Source of the DNA: Nitrosopumilus sp.
Lineage (GTDB): Archaea > Thermoproteota > Nitrososphaeria > Nitrososphaerales > Nitrosopumilaceae
NCBI GenBank assembly: GCA_965223425.1
Contig: OZ245003.1
Location: 2,400,001 to 2,464,000 of the forward strand
Direction of reading: 5' to 3'
DNA: 64,000 nucleotides
Shown: piece by piece, positions 41,213-49,942 of the stretch
How the letters are laid out: every line of letters starts with the position of its first letter
How positions within the stretch are numbered: position 1 is the first letter of the stretch
The notes under the pieces: model-generated
Told to the model about the DNA's origin: nothing
The model's database searches: none
Seen by the model: the letters and a program-made list of their open reading frames with translations, nothing else
Program-made: the position numbers and the translations under genes

Positions 41213-42144
41213 TGTTGCAAAAGCAAAAGTCAGAATCCCGTGTTGCTGTATATTATGAATTAACAAAGCCAAAGATCTGGTATTTGCTGGTGTTTACCGC
41301 ATTTGGTGCAGCGTTAACAGCGTCTAATATTTACGGCATTGAAATTTCTCTGGCCACATGGATGCTAATGCTATTTTCAGTTGCGGCAGGTTCGGCTGCT
41401 GCCAACACTTTGACAAACTACCATGATAGAGATATTGATGCAATAATGGAAAGAACTAAGAACAGACCTTTACCATCAAAAAGAATCTATCCGGCAGTAA
41501 AGGCAAGAAATTTTGGATTTGTACTAGCTGGAATATCTCTAGTTTTGGCATTTGGAATTTCATTTACAACAACGTTAGAACAGGGCGTGTGGGCAACCAC
41601 GTTCATCGCATTTGGATTGATAAACAATATTCTTGTTTACTCGTATGCGTTAAAACGAAGTTCAAGAACCAACATAATTTTAGGAGGATTGTGTGGGGGG
41701 TCACCACCTATGATAGGATGGGTGGCTGTGAGCATGTCAGATTTGTGGACAATGGGTCTTGCAATGGCAGGACTGGTGTTTATTTGGATTCCAATGCACA
41801 TTTGGGCATTGACTTTACATTTCAAAGAGGATTATAACAAAGTAAATGTGCCAATGTTGACTGCAGTGCAATCAGAAAAGACGTCAGCAAGGGCAATTGC
41901 AGCTTCAACTGTCGTAATGGTACTATTTTCAATTGCTCCATTCTTTATAACAACTGAAAATGGGGAAGAAATGGTAGGTAGCATATATCTATGGACTGCA
42001 ATTGCATCAGGTGCACTAATGACTGCATTGTCAATTTGGGTCATAGCTAAACCCATGGAAAAAGCCTCCTGGACCTTGTTCAAATTTTCCAGTCCTTACT
42101 TGGCAGTATTGTTTATTGCGTTAATGGTAGATACTGGATTATAA
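41212..42144 (+). CDS. cyoE: Protoheme IX farnesyltransferase (heme O synthase)
   Basis: ELTKPKI, DRDIDAIMERTKNRPLP and WIPMHIWAL..DY...VPML. Confidence 0.94.
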   Translation: MLQKQKSESRVAVYYELTKPKIWYLLVFTAFGAALTASNIYGIEISLATWMLMLFSVAAGSAAANTLTNYHDRDIDAIMERTKNRPLPSKRIYPAVKARNFGFVLAGISLVLAFGISFTTTLEQGVWATTFIAFGLINNILVYSYALKRSSRTNIILGGLCGGSPPMIGWVAVSMSDLWTMGLAMAGLVFIWIPMHIWALTLHFKEDYNKVNVPMLTAVQSEKTSARAIAASTVVMVLFSIAPFFITTENGEEMVGSIYLWTAIASGALMTALSIWVIAKPMEKASWTLFKFSSPYLAVLFIALMVDTGL

Positions 42145-42348
42145 AATACTGCCATTCTCATCGAGGCTGTTAATCTCTTTAGTAATTTTAGAATGCTTTT
42201 CGACTAGGGTCTCAAGTGCATTTTGTAACTCTGTAGAATTCCATTTGGAATTGATCATAGAAGATAATTTTGAAACAATGCTCCACTGAAGGTTGTTCTG
42301 CTCATCAACCAATTCTAAGAAGCGCTTACCTTTTTCACCGTCATTCAT
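42139..42348 (-). CDS. Small coiled-coil hypothetical protein
   Basis: 69-aa ORF. Confidence 0.6.
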   Translation of the reverse strand: MNDGEKGKRFLELVDEQNNLQWSIVSKLSSMINSKWNSTELQNALETLVEKHSKITKEINSLDENGSIL

Positions 42349-42437
42349 GATTTTTCGACATGACGCGATGATAAAAAAGTTAGCAGAGGGTAATAATATA
42401 ATTTCAAAGCATTATTAGGAAATACGGAATATCAGAT

Positions 42438-42602
42438 GTGTTGAAATGCAGTATATCAGAGTGTAGGTTAAAAGCGGCAGAAACCGTGAAAATCAGTTTT
42501 AAAGAAACCAGAAACCTATGTGAAAACCATTACAAACTGTTCAAAAATAAGGAGAAAAAATATCTTGCAAATTTTACCAAAGCATCAAAATTTGAGTTAT
42601 GA
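42438..42602 (+). CDS. Small putative Zn-binding protein (not in ORF track)
   Basis: Manual translation: VLKCSISECRLKAAETVKISFKETRNLCENHYKLF...FEL*; CxxxxC...CxxH. Confidence 0.55.
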   Translation: MLKCSISECRLKAAETVKISFKETRNLCENHYKLFKNKEKKYLANFTKASKFEL

Positions 42603-42672
42603 TCCTTTAAAAAAAAATTTCAAACTTCAAAATTATTGAAAGATTTAACACTTACTATTTTTAAACAAAAGT

Positions 42673-43164
42673 ATGGCCGCCAAGAAAAAGACTGTTGAGA
42701 AGAAAAAGAAGGCTGTTAAGAAAAAGTCAACCAAAAAGAAGGCCGTTAAACCAAAAAAACAAGCAAAGTCTTCAACAAAAAGACCTGAATTTGAGAAAGC
42801 ATGGGCAGAATACAATTCGGCACTAAATGGTTGGAAAGAATCTCTTGCGCAATGGCAAAAGGCTACAAATGAAACTCTGATGACATATCATGATGCGTGT
42901 CAAAAAGCATTAGAGTCAGACTCGGAATTATTGAAGAAAGTAAGTTCAAGTTGGGAAAGCACGTGGGAAGAAATTGGCCCCGAATACATTAAACAGCAAA
43001 CCAAGATGATTGAAAACATTTTCAAAGAAACCAATATTGGATCAATAAAAAAATTCAATGAACAGTGGGAAAAGTTTCTTAAAACATCAGGAGGTGATTC
43101 AATAAAGGCATATCAAGAAGCCATTAAAAGATTTAATCAAACGTGGCAATCCGAAAAGATGTAA
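42673..43164 (+). CDS. Hypothetical protein with Lys-rich N-terminus and Trp-rich amphipathic helices
   Basis: 163-aa ORF. Confidence 0.75.
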   Translation: MAAKKKTVEKKKKAVKKKSTKKKAVKPKKQAKSSTKRPEFEKAWAEYNSALNGWKESLAQWQKATNETLMTYHDACQKALESDSELLKKVSSSWESTWEEIGPEYIKQQTKMIENIFKETNIGSIKKFNEQWEKFLKTSGGDSIKAYQEAIKRFNQTWQSEKM

Positions 43165-43183
43165 TTCTGCAAATTAAAATTTA

Positions 43184-44014
43184 TTATTTTTTTAATTTTA
43201 CAACTCGGAAAACTTTACAGTCACAAACAGAACAGGTTCCCCTAACCGCAGGTCTGCCGTTTTTCAGTGGTTTCTTCTGGATTTTTAATTTTTCTTTTGG
43301 TTTTACATTTGGCACAGTAAGCTTGTGGGGAATCTGATCCTGAAGTGCCTTTAGCGGTTGTCGAGCGAGTAAGTTTTTTCTCAGCATTATCAAGTTTATC
43401 AGTTTGTTTTTCTAATGTTTGGATAATTTCATGTTCAATATCAATATCCTCGAGTTTTCCAATTTCTTTTTCGAATTTCTCATCCTTTGATAATTGTTCG
43501 GTTGATTCATCTGATGACGGATTTGATTGAGCAGACAACACATCTTCTAATTCATCAATTTCTTTCTGTAAATCATCAAACTGTGCTACTTTTCAGTAGT
43601 AGCTTCTTCTAATTCTGGTGTCGGTTCAAAGCCTTTTGGCAGAGTACCTTGTGTAGTCGAAGAATCTGGTTTTGATTCAAATGTTAATTCCTTAACTGGT
43701 TCAGGTGGCGGTACTGACGTTTCAGGCAAGTCACCAAGATAATCCAGTTTGACTTTGTTTCCATCAATTCGTAGATAGGGATTACCTGCAATTGAAAAAG
43801 TTCGAATTTTGTGCCCCTTTTTCCAAGAATCTTGCCCACTGTAAATTGTAATGTAGCTCAGTCCATTTTGTATATCAGAGCATATAGTCAAGCGATCTAC
43901 CAACTCTCCTTCAGTAATTCCTTGATCAGTATCTTGATGACGTATGACAGCATAGATTAAATGATCAAAATCAAAACTTGCCTCCGAAATTAAATAATCG
44001 GCCCAGTGACTCAT
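43184..44014 (-). pseudogene. DUF3892-like N-terminus + acidic linker + DUF5679-like Zn ribbon, two frameshifts
   Basis: WADYLIS...PYLRIDGN..LDYLGDLP; frameshift near 43590; AYCAKCKTKRKIKNP continues in another frame as LKNGRPAVRGTCSVC. Confidence 0.75.
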
Positions 44015-44452
44015 TATAAAAAATAAGAATTGTTTTCTAGTAAATAAGCAAGATCAATAAAATACACTGGAAGGTTCGCGGATGTTTTCAACAAATTATG
44101 AGTTTTCGAAGAAGTGTAAAGATAGGCGGGTTTTTGGAAAGAACCAAACATAATAGGGAATTCTGATAGATAGAAATTAGACCCCGCACTGTATGTGTGG
44201 ACATTGCCTTGAAAAGTCTCGAGAGCTTAAGTGTAGCGGCTCTCTAACGTAACACTATAACCCTCTAATGTAACGCCATCTCAAAATCGGTGAAAACCCT
44301 CGAAGATGTACCAGTATAGTCTCTAGGACTGCTAAATTTGAATCAATAAAATATTGATGATTGTTTGATCGGGTAAAAATTAACAAACAAAAAATAATAA
44401 CATTATACACCATCTTGATGTAATTATGCAACCAACCCTGAAAAATCACTCC

Positions 44453-44974
44453 ATGAAGACTTTGCCAGATCTTGTAGAACCAAACATGAGCGTGATATTT
44501 GTTGGAACAAATCCAGGAGAAAAATCCGCAAGAATTGGCCATTATTTTGCAGGAGCAAGCAACATGTTTTGGAAGTTATTACATGAATCAAATTTAACAG
44601 GTGAAAGACTGACTACCGAATTAGATAGAAAAATGGTACAGTATGGTTATGGGCTAACAGATGTTGTTAAACGACCTACACGTTCTACTACAGAACTCCG
44701 AAGAAATGATGGAAATGGAGCTAAGAACCGATTATATTGCATTATAGAAAAAAATGAACCTGATGTGGTTGCTTTTGTTGGAAAAACTGGCTATAGGTAT
44801 TATCTAGATGAAAATAATAAAAAGGTAAAATATGGTTCTCAAAAATTTAAAATTGGAAAATCATCTGTGTATCTTCTCCCTTCTACCAGCGGCCAAAGTT
44901 TTGCAGATACAAGCTACAAGGAGAAATTATACTGGTATAAGAGGCTAAGAACATATGTTCATGCATATTCATAA
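44453..44974 (+). CDS. mug: Mismatch-specific uracil/thymine DNA glycosylase (MUG/TDG, UDG family 2), copy A
   Basis: LPDL....VIFVGTNPG..S...GHYFAG.SN.FWKLL, GLTDVVKRPT, AFVGK and LPSTSG; catalytic Asn retained. Confidence 0.9.
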   Translation: MKTLPDLVEPNMSVIFVGTNPGEKSARIGHYFAGASNMFWKLLHESNLTGERLTTELDRKMVQYGYGLTDVVKRPTRSTTELRRNDGNGAKNRLYCIIEKNEPDVVAFVGKTGYRYYLDENNKKVKYGSQKFKIGKSSVYLLPSTSGQSFADTSYKEKLYWYKRLRTYVHAYS

Positions 44975-45071
44975 TTATAAACATTCAGAAAATATCGATC
45001 ATTATTTTTTGAATTGTGATCACAATTCTGTAATAGGCTTTTTATAGGTCATTTTTGTAAAAACGTCCAAG

Positions 45072-45548
45072 TTGACGGCTTCATCTCTTGCAGGTTTTTT
45101 CAACGGAATCAATAAAACTCTTTCAATGGATCAATTTGATGATAAACTAAAAGTTCAAAAAATAACTTACCTTGCCCAAGAATCTGGGATTGATCTAGGG
45201 TATGAATTTGAGTGGTATATACGAGGTCCCTATTGCAAACAAGTTTCTGAAGATGCACATACAGCTATAGATGAAAACTTAACTGAACACCCAGATGATG
45301 TTGGTTTAAATCAAGAACAAGTTAGAGAGTTTGGAGAAATGTTAAGACCTCATCTTAACAAGACAGATTGGTTAGAAATTGCAGCATCAATATTATATCT
45401 AAAAAATGAAAATTATGCAAATGAAGAGTTAGACAATATTATTGGTTACCTATTAGAAGATCTTACTTATGGTTACAAAAATTTTGAAGAAACTTTAATT
45501 CGTAGGGTTTTAGCAGATATGCTAAGATTGAACATACTAACAGCATAA
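45072..45548 (+). CDS. Panacea (DUF4065)/YwgA-like winged-helix protein
   Basis: KVQKITYLAQESGIDLGYEFEWYIRGPYCKQV...WLEIAASILYL. Confidence 0.65.
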   Translation: MTASSLAGFFNGINKTLSMDQFDDKLKVQKITYLAQESGIDLGYEFEWYIRGPYCKQVSEDAHTAIDENLTEHPDDVGLNQEQVREFGEMLRPHLNKTDWLEIAASILYLKNENYANEELDNIIGYLLEDLTYGYKNFEETLIRRVLADMLRLNILTA

Positions 45549-45592
45549 CATAATAGTTAAAACCGTATTCTCGATCATGAGATTGTCTTAAT

Positions 45593-46597
45593 TTGTTTGA
45601 TCAAAAATGGAAAGAAATTCTTCAAGATGTAAAAGATAATGGCATTACCGTTGAGCGAGGTGAAAAAAGAGCATTCCGAGAGAAAATTTCATATCAGTTT
45701 CAAATAGATGACCCAAGAGATAGAATAATTTTTAACAAAAGTTTTGGTTTGAACATATTCCAATGTATAGGACAATTTTTGTGGATTACTCAAGGTAGTT
45801 TCAATGCTGAAACAATCAAATATTATGCCCCATTTTCTTCAAAGTTTTCTTCTGATGGATTCAAGATGATTGGTGCTTACGGACCCAGATTATTTGGAAT
45901 CCATCATTTAGAACAAATCAAACATGTTATCAATGTATTAGATGGAGACCCATCCAGAAGAAGGGCTGTTGCATCAATTTATCTTCCCCAGTTTGATCAG
46001 CACAAAACAGCTGATGAGGTACCTTGTACATTAAATTTACAGTATTTAATACGAGAGCAAAAAGTTCAATCAGTTACATATATGAGAAGTCAAAATGCCT
46101 TTAGACTTCTACCTTATGATGTATTTTTGTTTACAATGGTTCAAGAGTATGTCAATGCAGTTTTGACTACTGCTCATAATACAGAATTAGGAACATACAA
46201 TCATTATAGCGGTAGTTTTCATATTTATATGGACGAGTTAGAATTAATTGAAAATGTCTTAGAGGATGATACCAATGAAACTTTTCAAATGAAATCTATG
46301 CCATCAAAGAATGTTATTCTCAGATTACAAAAATTAAATAGATTTGAATCAATAGTTCGAACTATCATCTCTTCACATGAAAAAAGAAGTAATCCTATTG
46401 ATTTTGATTTTCTATTTGAACTATGTAAAGAATGGTTTGATGATTCTTATTGGAAGCAATTTGCTTTATTATTGATTTGTTATGGTGCAATAATAATGAA
46501 AAATAATGAAAATAAAGATTATGCAATATCATTATTAGATCCAATTTACAAGCATATGGTACAAATGTATATTAACAAACAAGCAAATTCAAGTTAA
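45593..46597 (+). CDS. Divergent thymidylate-synthase-fold enzyme (dCMP/CMP hydroxymethylase-like)
   Basis: GAYGPRL, DPSRRRA, VPCT (catalytic Cys), YMRSQNAFRLLPYD and HYSGSFHIY. Confidence 0.85.
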   Translation: MFDQKWKEILQDVKDNGITVERGEKRAFREKISYQFQIDDPRDRIIFNKSFGLNIFQCIGQFLWITQGSFNAETIKYYAPFSSKFSSDGFKMIGAYGPRLFGIHHLEQIKHVINVLDGDPSRRRAVASIYLPQFDQHKTADEVPCTLNLQYLIREQKVQSVTYMRSQNAFRLLPYDVFLFTMVQEYVNAVLTTAHNTELGTYNHYSGSFHIYMDELELIENVLEDDTNETFQMKSMPSKNVILRLQKLNRFESIVRTIISSHEKRSNPIDFDFLFELCKEWFDDSYWKQFALLLICYGAIIMKNNENKDYAISLLDPIYKHMVQMYINKQANSS

Positions 46598-46599
46598 AA

Positions 46600-47130
46600 T
46601 TAAATTGAATTAGAATATTTACGAAGTGAACGATACCAATCTAATTTTTCATAGTACTTTGTATCTGCATAACTTTGTCCACTTGTTGAAGGTATAAGAT
46701 AAATTCGTATGTCACCGTACTTGTATTGAAATCCATATTCTAAATTAGAATATTGATTTTGTGAATATATTCTAAAACCCATTTTCCCAACAAATGCCAC
46801 TATTTTAGGCTTGAACAAATCCAAGGTTCGATTAAGCCTTCTAGTGCTTTTAATCGTATATTGCTGTTTTATGTCCGAAACGGTTCTAGTAGGTATTTTA
46901 ACAATATCCGTTAAACCATAACCATACTTCAACATTTTTCTGTCATCTTCAGTTTTTAACAACACGTTAGTTAGGTTTGATTCATACATTAGTTTCCAAA
47001 ACACATTAGAATGTCCTGCAAAATAATGGCCAATTTGTGAGGAACGTACACCTGGGCTAGTACCTACAAAAAGAATTTTCAATTTTTTTTTAAGTATGTC
47101 TGGTAATGGCTTTAGTTTTTCACTCAACAA
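46600..47130 (-). CDS. mug: MUG/TDG-family DNA glycosylase, copy B (catalytic Asn replaced by Ser)
   Basis: LPDIL....ILFVGTSPG..S.QIGHYFAG.SN.FWKL, GLTDIVK.PT and IPSTSG. Confidence 0.88.
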   Translation of the reverse strand: MLSEKLKPLPDILKKKLKILFVGTSPGVRSSQIGHYFAGHSNVFWKLMYESNLTNVLLKTEDDRKMLKYGYGLTDIVKIPTRTVSDIKQQYTIKSTRRLNRTLDLFKPKIVAFVGKMGFRIYSQNQYSNLEYGFQYKYGDIRIYLIPSTSGQSYADTKYYEKLDWYRSLRKYSNSI

Positions 47131-47179
47131 CTATCTGCAAAAGTACTCATAAAAAAAAGATATCATAAAGGTACAGATT

Positions 47180-47401
47180 TTAGAGATCTTCTGCTTTGAA
47201 AGGATCTGTTAATTCCATGTTTGGAAATTCAATCCACCGCATTTTCCATTGACTTTCATCTCTCAAAATGTTGAGTGTTGCATCACATTTCTTACATTTG
47301 TAGATCAGATTACTTCTTCTAGTGAAATTGATCAATTTCTTGATTACATATCTCTGAGGTTTGTTCTTGAATCCACAATCTCCACAGGTAATTGTAATCA
47401 T
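47180..47401 (-). CDS. Small zinc-ribbon protein
   Basis: CGDC...CKKC. Confidence 0.6.
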   Translation of the reverse strand: MITITCGDCGFKNKPQRYVIKKLINFTRRSNLIYKCKKCDATLNILRDESQWKMRWIEFPNMELTDPFKAEDL

Positions 47402-47500
47402 AGGTTATTGTATTATCTTTCTGATCTATAACTTGTATTGATCAACTCTGTTGACCAAAAATCAATTTTTTCATAGTGGTCTTAAAAAATTAGGATCAAT

Positions 47501-48088
47501 TTGTGGGATATGAAAAGTAGTTCATCCCAGTCCTCGCTGTACAGTGCCAGGAGCACCTGTGGGTGCTACAAGCATACAAGATGCAGTCAGGGATCAGACC
47601 GGAATAAATATCCCCACAACACCATTCACAGGATATTGAGGGACGAAGATCTGGCATCAGAAGAGTCAAGGAAGGGCAAAAAGCGAAGATGGATCCGCTA
47701 CGAGCGCACGTATTCAAACTCCCTGTGGCATACTGACTACAAGCTGCTTGATGACGGCAGGTGGTTCCTGTGCTACGAGGATGACGCCTCCAGGTTCGTG
47801 ACAGGGTATGGCATGTTTGATAATGCCACTACAGAAAACGCACTCAGGGTGCTAGATCAGGCCATAAGGAACCATGGCAAGCCTGCGGCAGTCATGATGG
47901 ATCACGGCTCGCAGTTTTATGCAGACGAAAAGGAATCTCAAAAAAAGGATGCAAGCAAGTTTGAAAAAAGGCTAGTCGAGCTTGGAATAAAACAAATTCT
48001 TGCAGTAGGACGCCAACAAACCAATGGAAAGCTGAAGCGCCTGCACGGCGAAATACAGCGCAAGCTTCCGGAGTTGTGGCAATCATGA
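47501..48088 (+). pseudogene. IS481-like rve/DDE transposase remnant
   Basis: RYER..SNSLWHTDY, EDDASRF, DHGSQF and QTNGKLKR (the E of GKxER is lost); 5' part frameshifted. Confidence 0.8.
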
Positions 48089-48277
48089 GTATGAAACCAA
48101 GTAGTAGGGGGCGCCTATCTTTACAATTTCTCAAAATCATGAAAATTAATCAAAACATCCTATAACTTTCCAGTGTAAAAATTTTCATTCAAGCCCCCAT
48201 TAACTTCAGAACCCAATAAAATAATCAATTAGGCTCAAAAAATAAGGTTATAATTGGTTTAACAGTGTGATGAACAG

Positions 48278-48658
48278 ATGGAAATCTCGATAGAACCATG
48301 GAAAAAATTGGTTATTCACGAAGTAATTGAATACAAATTTGATGACTGGGTAAAACAAATAGCATTTAGTACAAGAACGTCAGGGGGAGCAATACCCACA
48401 ATGCAGTGGACAAACGGAATTGTTTTTTCACCAGCAAATTTTCCAACAACGAATTCCACTGTCGAAGAGCAACTAAAAGGAACTTTGCATTGGTCATCAG
48501 TATCTTTTGCAATTAAAGAAAAATTTGAAAAACAAATAGTAAAAGAAAACGCAACTATCAATCTAGTTGATGTTAGTGTAAATGAGATTTTTAAAGAATT
48601 GGCAACAAATTTGAAAGCACAGTCAAAATATGCTGCTTTAGAATCCGACAAAGACTAA
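48278..48658 (+). CDS. Conserved archaeal hypothetical protein
   Basis: 126-aa ORF; PWKKLVIHEV...WTNGIVF. Confidence 0.75.
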   Translation: MEISIEPWKKLVIHEVIEYKFDDWVKQIAFSTRTSGGAIPTMQWTNGIVFSPANFPTTNSTVEEQLKGTLHWSSVSFAIKEKFEKQIVKENATINLVDVSVNEIFKELATNLKAQSKYAALESDKD

Positions 48659-49341
48659 TGAATATCGAAGAAACGATCAAAAATTGTGAGATGTATCTAA
48701 AACAGATCAGACAGTATGATCCTGATCCTTACTATGTAAATTATTTTTTTAACAAATACATAGATTCGGTAAATGACACAATTAATGGAATTTTTGAAGA
48801 AGGGGACAGGGATTTTGGGTTGTTTATTTCAGAGAAGGCCGTGCAGGAAAAATTTGAAGAAAAAGCAAGAAAGAAAAACGATCAAAACGCCATAAAATTT
48901 TCAAAATGGTATTCAGCACAATATAATCAGGAACATCAGAACCCATATCCAAATTTTATAAAAAAAATCTGCCAATTCAAAAATAAGTTTGAAAAACTGC
49001 CTGAGATCAAAGTTATGATCAGGGCATCAGAACGATACAAAAATGATATTTATCAGCATATTAAAATTAATTCAAGTCAGGGCAAATTACGTTCAAAAGA
49101 AGAGTTAGAAATTGAAATAAAAAGACAGTTGCCAATATTTTTACAAGTAATCAATCATAAAAGAAATGAGAATGACGAGCCCAAAGTAGGCAAAAACCAG
49201 GTAACTGCATCTGCATTTTTAGATATTGAGGAGCATAAAGATGTGGAAATTGTTTATGCAGCAGAAATTTACATTCAAGTTATGAAACGACTAGTTGAAG
49301 AGTCAAGAAGGAAGATAAAAGAATTGACTACACGGAGATAA
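48658..49341 (+). CDS. Hypothetical protein
   Basis: 227-aa ORF, translationally coupled to the upstream gene. Confidence 0.75.
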   Translation: MNIEETIKNCEMYLKQIRQYDPDPYYVNYFFNKYIDSVNDTINGIFEEGDRDFGLFISEKAVQEKFEEKARKKNDQNAIKFSKWYSAQYNQEHQNPYPNFIKKICQFKNKFEKLPEIKVMIRASERYKNDIYQHIKINSSQGKLRSKEELEIEIKRQLPIFLQVINHKRNENDEPKVGKNQVTASAFLDIEEHKDVEIVYAAEIYIQVMKRLVEESRRKIKELTTRR

Positions 49342-49476
49342 TTTTGAAGTTGAATCCAAATAACATGTTTAACTCATGGGCAGATGTTTCATTGATCTAA
49401 CGCAGTAAATGCAATTCCCAGCACCAATAGAAATAACAGATACAGAGGCTGGTTTGTGGTTTCATTTCCATTTGGA

Positions 49477-49893
49477 TTATTGGCTTTTTGGCCACATTGT
49501 AGTCCAAGTTTCGGCAAACTTTTTCATCATTTCACCGTAGGCTTGCATTTGTTCTAATCCAGACGAGCCCAAAGTCTTTTGCCAATTTTCAGCAAATTGC
49601 GTGAAAACAGAGGCGTTAGAATCACTGAGAGCTTTTTGCCAATTTTCACTAAACTCTTTGAGGGATTGAATTCCTGCTTCGTTCATTGCCTTTTGCCAAT
49701 TTTCGCCAAATAATTTCATGGTCTCTGCACTTGATTCGGCAGTAGCCTTGTCCCAGACTTGATTGAATTTGGTTTGCATTTCATTACTTGCATTTTGGAT
49801 TTGTTCAAAAAGGGATTTCCAGTTTTCAAGAGATCTTGCATATTCTTGCCACAAGGAGTCCCATTCGTTTGTTTTTTCTTGTTCAGACATCAA
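49477..49893 (-). CDS. Hypothetical helical-repeat protein
   Basis: FxENWQK motif three times at 19-aa spacing. Confidence 0.75.
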   Translation of the reverse strand: MMSEQEKTNEWDSLWQEYARSLENWKSLFEQIQNASNEMQTKFNQVWDKATAESSAETMKLFGENWQKAMNEAGIQSLKEFSENWQKALSDSNASVFTQFAENWQKTLGSSGLEQMQAYGEMMKKFAETWTTMWPKSQ

Positions 49894-49942
49894 TGAAAGA
49901 TAGTCGTCATTATTCTTAAATGGATCTGTGAAAATCGGTTAG

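Noticed and set aside
43184-44014. Programmed frameshifting
   Set aside because: Two independent small deletions with no clear stimulatory structure; decay or sequencing error is simpler.
45593-46597. Ordinary housekeeping thyA
   Set aside because: Specificity and folate-site residues deviate from ThyA, and the gene sits in an AT-rich accessory block.
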